Positions 58,233 to 64,000 of a DNA stretch of 64,000 nt are shown piece by piece (position 1 is the stretch's first letter; every line of letters starts with the position of its first letter). This DNA comes from a candidate division WOR-3 bacterium. GTDB lineage: Bacteria; Hydrothermota; Tepidihabitantia; Tepidihabitantales; Tepidihabitantaceae. A program made the translations under genes and the position numbers. The notes beneath the pieces are model-generated. The model had not been told where the DNA came from, ran no database searches, and was given only the letters and a program-made list of their open reading frames with translations. Location of the stretch: assembly GCA_037441285.1 (NCBI GenBank), contig JBBISL010000002.1:1-64000 (forward strand), given 5' to 3'.

Positions 58233-60742
58233 GGTTTCTTCTCCCCTCCGGTTGATGGATTAACCTCTTCTGGCGACGGGGGCAAAGCACCCGATTCGCC
58301 TTCTTCGGCTGGTGCACTGTACTGGCCGGCGCCCAGCCGTTTGTTGCAAATTTCAATATTCTTTTTCGCACTTTCCACATATTCCGAATCACTAAAAGAG
58401 TCAACAACAGTCTGGAATGCCTGTAGTGCCTGTTTGTACTCTCCGGCATTAAAGTAGGCGATGCCCATATTGAAAAACGCCCCACTGCGCTGCTCGTGCT
58501 CCGGAAAATAACTGAGAAACTTTTGATAAGCCTGAGCCGCTTCCGGCCACTGTTTCAACTGCGCATAACATTCCGCGGTCAACAACTGGGCATCACCGGC
58601 AACCCCGGAACCAGGGAAATTAACCACCGTTTTCTGCAACTCAACAATCGCCTCATCAAATCGACCGGCATCAAACAACTCTTTCCCTTTAGCATACTGA
58701 CCCTCTGCTGCCATTTCAGATTGCGGAAACCGTTCCAGAAACTGCCGCATCACAGTTGAATCTTCCTGACCCGCAAGATAATAACTCATCTCCAGACTTT
58801 TGCGAACACCAGGCACCTGGGCATCGGAAGGATACAGGTCGAGAAACTTCTGGTACTCCCGGATTGCATCAAGATACTGCCGCCGGTTGTAGTAGCACTG
58901 GGCGATTAGCGCCTGAGAAGCGGGCGCGAATTGCGAAAACGGATACTTCTCGATTACAAAACTAAAAGCGGCAAGCGCCTTGTCGTACTCCAGCGCCTTG
59001 AAATAGGTATCCCCGGTTCGAAAGGCAGCTTCAGCAACCTTGAGATTGTTCAAGGGAAACCGATTCATCAAAGTCGTCCAGGCGTCAACCGCCTGACCGT
59101 AATACTTCAACTGATAATAACAGTAACCAGCGTAGAAATAGCCCGGCACCGCGGCCAGTGAATCATCGGGAAATGTATTGGTCAAAGCCTCAAAAACATC
59201 TAACGCCTTCAAATACTCGCCCTGATTAAAGAGACAGTAACCGTAACCCAGATAGGCGCTTACCGTGAATAAAGTGTCGCTCAACCGGGCGTTCAACAAC
59301 CCCTTAAAACCGGAAAGTGCCTCATTCAGTCTGCCCAGGTGATAAAGTGTGTAACAGCGCCCCAGTCGGGCATAAGGGGCAATTTCGGCACCGGCCGGAT
59401 GGTTGAACGCCCGCTGGTAGTAGTCATCCGCCTCACTGTACTTCTGGGTATAGTAGAAACCCTCCGCAAGTGAGTACAAAATCCGCGGCCGCCAGTCCGA
59501 TTTTTCATCCGGATAATCGGCAAGATACTTCGTTCCCAAAGCAACACAGTTGTCAAATCGGCCACTTGAATTGAGTGCCATCAACAGCATCGCGGCTGCT
59601 GGCTCGCGTAATGCGGTCCCGGAATAGTTAACAAGGATATTTTCAAACTGTTCGGCGGCACTGCGATAATCTCCCAGTTGATAATAAATCACACCTGATA
59701 GATAGTTCCCTACACCCGAGAGCGCGCCTGTTGTAAACATCCGGCTCAACTGACTGGTTGCGAGAAGTGTTTGTGCGGTATCAGCCGTTGCCAGCATCGC
59801 CGCTGCCAGTTGCAGATGGGCATAACTGGAAACCATGGTCCGTGGGTAGTTGGACCGTACCCGCTGGAATCGTTCAACCGCCTCCTGAGCGTTACCCAGC
59901 GCCAATTGAGCATAGCCAATAAAGTAGTTGGCATGAGCCGCAAGGAAATTGTTGCTGGAACGGGTCAGGGGCATAAGGTGGTCAATTGCCGTGGCGTACT
60001 GTTTTTGAGCAATCAAAGCACACCCTAAAAAATAATGAGCAAAATCGGCTAAAGGCGAAAAAGAAAACTGGTCAAGGAAAAATTGAAACTTCGCTCGGGC
60101 ACCATCGTAGTCCCGATTGATAAACAACGCCAATCCAGCGTTGAAATGCGCCATCAACGCCAGAGGTGTGTTAGGCACCGCATCGGTCACCTCTTTGAAT
60201 TTAACCAGCGCCCGCATCGGGTTTCCCAGCTGAGCATAACATTTCCCAAGATAAAACTTTGCTTCGGGCATCTCGAGCCCATCAAGATTAGCCCTTGCCT
60301 GTTCATAAGAGCGCTGAAAATAATAGAGTACCCCCAGGGCAAAATTGGTCCGGGGGTCGGCATTGTACCCCGGTTCCTTTGCCAGCTTTTCTAATATCAC
60401 CTGCGCCTGTCGATAGTTGCCCATGATAATGTAGCACAAACTCGCACCATACATCGCTTCCGGCTTGATATACGAATAACGGGGCTTTTCCAGCAAACTC
60501 TGAAACAACTTCAATGCCCGTGCGTATTCCCCCTGATTGAAATAACACTCTCCCAGTGCAAAATTAAGTTCATCGCCAAATTCACTCGCCCCGAACTCCC
60601 GCACCAGGCGGTTCAGTCCTTTAATCGCATCTTGATAGTTGTGGGCTTCAATCAATGTCTGAACCCGATTATACTCCCGGGCTAACTCGCGGGTCTGTTG
60701 TGGGCTTAAAACTCCCCAGATAAGCAGTAACAGTATCGACAT
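58229..60742 (-). CDS. Long periplasmic TPR protein (CpoB/BamD-like repeats)
   Basis: Short hydrophobic N-terminus, then TPR units over the whole length with YP/FP-x-S turns. Confidence 0.88.
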   Translation of the reverse strand: MSILLLLIWGVLSPQQTRELAREYNRVQTLIEAHNYQDAIKGLNRLVREFGASEFGDELNFALGECYFNQGEYARALKLFQSLLEKPRYSYIKPEAMYGASLCYIIMGNYRQAQVILEKLAKEPGYNADPRTNFALGVLYYFQRSYEQARANLDGLEMPEAKFYLGKCYAQLGNPMRALVKFKEVTDAVPNTPLALMAHFNAGLALFINRDYDGARAKFQFFLDQFSFSPLADFAHYFLGCALIAQKQYATAIDHLMPLTRSSNNFLAAHANYFIGYAQLALGNAQEAVERFQRVRSNYPRTMVSSYAHLQLAAAMLATADTAQTLLATSQLSRMFTTGALSGVGNYLSGVIYYQLGDYRSAAEQFENILVNYSGTALREPAAAMLLMALNSSGRFDNCVALGTKYLADYPDEKSDWRPRILYSLAEGFYYTQKYSEADDYYQRAFNHPAGAEIAPYARLGRCYTLYHLGRLNEALSGFKGLLNARLSDTLFTVSAYLGYGYCLFNQGEYLKALDVFEALTNTFPDDSLAAVPGYFYAGYCYYQLKYYGQAVDAWTTLMNRFPLNNLKVAEAAFRTGDTYFKALEYDKALAAFSFVIEKYPFSQFAPASQALIAQCYYNRRQYLDAIREYQKFLDLYPSDAQVPGVRKSLEMSYYLAGQEDSTVMRQFLERFPQSEMAAEGQYAKGKELFDAGRFDEAIVELQKTVVNFPGSGVAGDAQLLTAECYAQLKQWPEAAQAYQKFLSYFPEHEQRSGAFFNMGIAYFNAGEYKQALQAFQTVVDSFSDSEYVESAKKNIEICNKRLGAGQYSAPAEEGESGALPPSPEEVNPSTGGEKKP

Positions 60743-60744
60743 TC

Positions 60745-62058
60745 TTACTCGCCCGGTTTAATTTCAATCTTTCCCTGCGGACCCCGGGTTTTTACCGTCG
60801 TAAGAAAACCAGAAAAACTCAACGACGAATTACGCTGGTCAACAACCACAATGTCGTAGTAGTACTTACCGTCAGAAACCAATCGACCCACATCATCCAG
60901 ACCATCCCACCACATCCGCGGTGGTGGTGCATCCCAACCACTATAACTCCTCACCACCTCACCAAAACTGTTCTTAATCATAATCTGCCAGCGCTTCACC
61001 GGTGCCCGAGAAACAGTCCTGATGTCCATCCACAACACATTGTTCTTATCTTCGGGTGTTGGAGCAAAAAGTTTTGGTTGAGCATCAATCCAGACCCGAA
61101 AGCCCGAAAAGTCCACAAATATTCCTATCTTATGAGTAGGTGCCAGCCGGAATTGTGATTGGTGGTGCAACAAAAACGCATAATCGACACCTAACCCCAT
61201 CTTGCCCCAAGCCTGGTGAATTCCCAGACCCAGACTTATTTCATTGGGGTCAATACCGATGCGCTGCACAATCACATCGGGTACAATATGAAATTCCACC
61301 CCTCCATGCGGGGTCAAATCCAGTTTTAACCGGTCGGTGGGATTATTAGTGCTCTCATCAATCTCCCGCAGTAAGGGCGAAGTCACATCAGCCGTTATCA
61401 CCGCTCGACCATCAAGTAAGTGTGCCGCCGCACCCAACCGAAATGTCCGCGGATACCGGTCGGAAAGCGTGTACAAAGTCAAAACCGGTTCAATTACATT
61501 CTGCACCACAAGACCGAAACTGAAAATCTTCCCGGCTCTTGCCAAAACCCCAAAGTCAGCACCAATCCCTACATCAGCAAATTGTGCCAGATTTTTTGTT
61601 ATCAGTTTTGCGGTTCCCCCTACACCCAGAAAACTGAACGGGTTGTAGGCATAAGAAACAAGATAGGCATTCTCGGCAAACAGGGTTGGTTGGTACTGCC
61701 AGTTCTCCGGCGTTCGCGAATCAAGCCCTTCGGCACCGTAATTCAAAATACTGACACCAAATGTCCCAAACTCTTTTGTTGGCATCGTATAGGCGATATA
61801 CTCCATGCGCGCTCCGTAAAGTTGAGAATGGGCAACAAGGACCTCGTGCGTGTTTAACTGAAACAGCCCCCCGGGATTAAAGTAAACCGCCTGAGCATCA
61901 TCCGCAACCGCTGCAAAAGCCTTGCCCATTCCCAGACTCCGCGGTCCCGCCCCATAATTGAGGAATGCCCCGGGCAAACCACCTTCACCAGCAACAACAG
62001 TTTGAACAATCGCGCTCAAAAGTAAAAACCAAGCCCACACCACCCTGTTTTTTACCAT
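60745..62058 (-). CDS. PorV/PorQ (UPF0164)-family outer-membrane barrel with C-terminal FlgD-like Ig domain
   Basis: Signal peptide; AFLNYGAGPRSLGMGKAFAAVADDAQAVYFNPGGL; VDYAF...THKIG barrel end; then WQIMIKNSFGEVVR...WDGLDDVGRLVSDGKY. Confidence 0.8.
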   Translation of the reverse strand: MVKNRVVWAWFLLLSAIVQTVVAGEGGLPGAFLNYGAGPRSLGMGKAFAAVADDAQAVYFNPGGLFQLNTHEVLVAHSQLYGARMEYIAYTMPTKEFGTFGVSILNYGAEGLDSRTPENWQYQPTLFAENAYLVSYAYNPFSFLGVGGTAKLITKNLAQFADVGIGADFGVLARAGKIFSFGLVVQNVIEPVLTLYTLSDRYPRTFRLGAAAHLLDGRAVITADVTSPLLREIDESTNNPTDRLKLDLTPHGGVEFHIVPDVIVQRIGIDPNEISLGLGIHQAWGKMGLGVDYAFLLHHQSQFRLAPTHKIGIFVDFSGFRVWIDAQPKLFAPTPEDKNNVLWMDIRTVSRAPVKRWQIMIKNSFGEVVRSYSGWDAPPPRMWWDGLDDVGRLVSDGKYYYDIVVVDQRNSSLSFSGFLTTVKTRGPQGKIEIKPGE

Positions 62059-63704
62059 ACCACTCCTAAACGGTAGGTACTCCGAAACACCGTGCCAGTA
62101 TGAAGCTGCCCAATCACCTGCACAACATATACACCCGAAGCAACTCGCCGTCCGTTACGATTCCTCCCATTCCACATCAGCCGGTTGATTCCTGCCCGCG
62201 CTCCTGGTTCTCCAGCCGCAAAACGCCAGTCAACTACTTCGTTGCCAAATGGGTCAAATATCCGCACATCAACCGCACCGGAACGGTTGAGATAATACAC
62301 AATCTCCGCCGCATCCCGGTTGAAACCAAAAGGATTGGGAAAGGCAACAATTTTACCCAGCATCACCGCGCTGTCCGGGATGTCTACATATATCCCAATT
62401 AGCGACTCAACCGCACCGGAGATAATCCTGATGGTGTCAAATTCGGCAAAACGCGCCCGGGTACAGAGAAAACGGGCAACCGCAATACCTGATGTATCGG
62501 TGAGCAACGCCTCATCAAGCATATCACCATTTCCCTTTACTGCCGAAAACCGGCAGACCGTGGCGGTGATTGGCTGTTGATTTGCATCCCGCACTACCAC
62601 CCGGATAAGAGCGGTCTCACCCGCTACCACCGTATCCGGCGCCGCAATCTCTAAACTTCTCCCCCGGGCTTTGATATCCAGTCGTGAGCGGTAAGACTCA
62701 TTCCCTCCGGTGATATCGTAAACCCATAAGTTCTGATTAGGACCCGCTGTATTAAATTGAACAAGAAAATTCACACTATCAACCAGCGTTGTCTCCGAAG
62801 GAAAGAACTCGATGGGAAATTCGGAGTTCAACTTCACCCGTACTCCGCCTCCCCCAACAATATTCCAGCAACGGTCACACGGATAGACCGAAACTTGAAA
62901 TGGCTCTCGGACATACTGAGGCAAAGGTTCTTCAGATTTACCAGGGGTCATCCAATCCAGAGATGTTGTATCACCGGGTAATGGAACCTCTCCGGGAAGA
63001 ATTAAAAGCAGCCGCTCAAATACCCCGGCAAGCACCTCGAACAAAGACGAAGTGTCAGGCACAAACGGTTGTCCGTTAGCAGGCAAACAATAAATATGAT
63101 GGAAACCGGCCCGTCGGAAAATCGCGGTAAACCGACTACTACCATCCTGTATCTCACCACCTGCCGGCAAAATCGCAAAGTTATCACTCCCCGCAAAATA
63201 TACACTGTCGGTTCGAAAACGTACCGGATTACACCAAACATCAGTTAGATAAACTGTAAAGTTAAAACTGTCACCTGCTGTTTGACTATTCGGCGGACCC
63301 AGCCTTCCCTCCCGGGTTCCCGGACTCAATTGCTGTCCTGGTAACACAGTAACAAACCGCCGTGGCGGTCCGGAAACCACCTGGAAAACATTACTGCTGC
63401 TGGTCACACGGCCCGAATCATCGGTACAGCGAATCTGTAAACTCTCTGCAATTGTAACCATCACCTTACCACTCCACACCCCGTTACGGAACGGCCCGAT
63501 TACATTGGGATAGATGTAACTTGCCCCCCGGGTTGTTGAAAGGAATGCGGGCCGATTGTAATCGTAAATGCCACCATAGGGGTCCCGGGCGATTATCGCC
63601 ACTTCAAATGAATCACCAGCATACTGGGGACTTGTTATCGGGGTAAAATCAAAGCGATATAACTGGGCGACCAAGAGTAACCCTAGCGCCGCGCTCATTA
63701 GCAC
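62052..63704 (-). CDS. Secreted Ig-repeat protein with T9SS/FlgD-type C-terminal domain
   Basis: Two LPG-PG-G..P..Q..F.V...D..N repeats, a Big_1-like domain, and tail AFPNPF...IFDPFGNEV...WNGRNRNGRRVASGVY. Start is GTG 63704 or ATG 63698; the track's TTG 63737 is the -35 box. Confidence 0.78.
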   Translation of the reverse strand: MLMSAALGLLLVAQLYRFDFTPITSPQYAGDSFEVAIIARDPYGGIYDYNRPAFLSTTRGASYIYPNVIGPFRNGVWSGKVMVTIAESLQIRCTDDSGRVTSSSNVFQVVSGPPRRFVTVLPGQQLSPGTREGRLGPPNSQTAGDSFNFTVYLTDVWCNPVRFRTDSVYFAGSDNFAILPAGGEIQDGSSRFTAIFRRAGFHHIYCLPANGQPFVPDTSSLFEVLAGVFERLLLILPGEVPLPGDTTSLDWMTPGKSEEPLPQYVREPFQVSVYPCDRCWNIVGGGGVRVKLNSEFPIEFFPSETTLVDSVNFLVQFNTAGPNQNLWVYDITGGNESYRSRLDIKARGRSLEIAAPDTVVAGETALIRVVVRDANQQPITATVCRFSAVKGNGDMLDEALLTDTSGIAVARFLCTRARFAEFDTIRIISGAVESLIGIYVDIPDSAVMLGKIVAFPNPFGFNRDAAEIVYYLNRSGAVDVRIFDPFGNEVVDWRFAAGEPGARAGINRLMWNGRNRNGRRVASGVYVVQVIGQLHTGTVFRSTYRLGVVW

Positions 63705-63709
63705 ATCTA

Positions 63710-63828
63710 ATTTTAACCATCTTAATAAACCTGTCAAATAAAATAATCATATCCTAATCAATCATTCCCCTATGAAATTAACAGGAAATATTTGCACAAT
63801 TTGACACGAGCGGTAATAAGGTTATAAC
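63710..63828. promoter_or_regulatory. Divergent promoters for the TonB/PorV operon and dnaE
   Basis: - strand TTGACA(63737-63732)-16-TAAAAT(63715-63710)-5 nt-GTG. + strand TTGACA(63801-63806)-16-TATAAC(63823-63828)-7 nt-ATG. Confidence 0.65.
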
Positions 63829-63835
63829 AGTCTAA

Positions 63836-64000
63836 ATGAGAGAAAGACAGAAAGCAGACTTTGTCCATCTCCATAACCATTCTGAGTACAGTCTGCTGGA
63901 CGGAGCAACGCGCATTGAAGAGATGGTACAACTGGCAAAGGAAATGGGGATGGAGGCGGTGGCACTAACTGACCACGGCGGTATGTTTGGAGTTATAAAA
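63836..64000 (+). CDS. dnaE: DNA polymerase III alpha subunit, N-terminal PHP domain (runs off window)
   Basis: Manual translation: [55 protein letters not shown]. Confidence 0.9.
   Translation, partial: MRERQKADFVHLHNHSEYSLLDGATRIEEMVQLAKEMGMEAVALTDHGGMFGVIK

Noticed and set aside
55778..60742. Ordinary Tol-Pal or TonB-dependent uptake locus
   Set aside because: No TolB, Pal lipoprotein or plug-containing receptor in the operon. A receptor acting in trans cannot be excluded from this window.
1..64000. CRISPR array, prophage, integrase or IS, including at the tRNA-Arg 3' end
   Set aside because: I saw no spaced direct repeats, att duplication, transposase or phage genes; the tRNA is flanked by core genes.

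Overview
A gene-dense window from a diderm bacterium, standard genetic code. The protein families present (PorV/UPF0164-type barrels, FlgD/T9SS-type C-terminal sorting domains, peptidase-propeller-Omp85 proteins, split B12 acyl-CoA mutase, NIDO-like secreted protein) suggest an FCB-group candidate lineage such as WOR-3. That assignment is inference only. Most of the window is housekeeping: trpS, ispD-dxr-rseP, guaB, tRNA-Arg(CCU), mreBCD-mrdA-rodA-rlmN, mutM, ctpA, tmk, ino1, ogt, rpmF-plsX, mtnA, truD, fabD and the start of dnaE. I saw no CRISPR array, prophage or IS. The best candidate for an undescribed system is the tightly coupled 8-gene minus-strand operon at 54885-63704. It encodes an Ig-repeat protein with a T9SS/FlgD-type C-terminal domain, a PorV-like barrel with a fused Ig domain, a long TPR protein, ExbB, two ExbD, TonB and a FlgD-Ig/OmpA-like protein. 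It has no TonB-dependent receptor, and one ExbD has Cys in place of the essential transmembrane Asp. It looks like a T9SS-like export or assembly machine powered by an asymmetric ExbBD-TonB motor. Other points of note: repeated leaderless promoter-to-start-codon architecture; a B12 mutase with isobutyryl-CoA mutase (Phe/Gln) residues; a B12-radical-SAM-like protein with a CxCx7C motif; two metallopeptidase-propeller-Omp85 paralogues, one coupled to a lipoprotein with a SecD-P1-like domain; and a perfect 20-bp intergenic palindrome. All family assignments come from reading motifs by eye; no database search was run.
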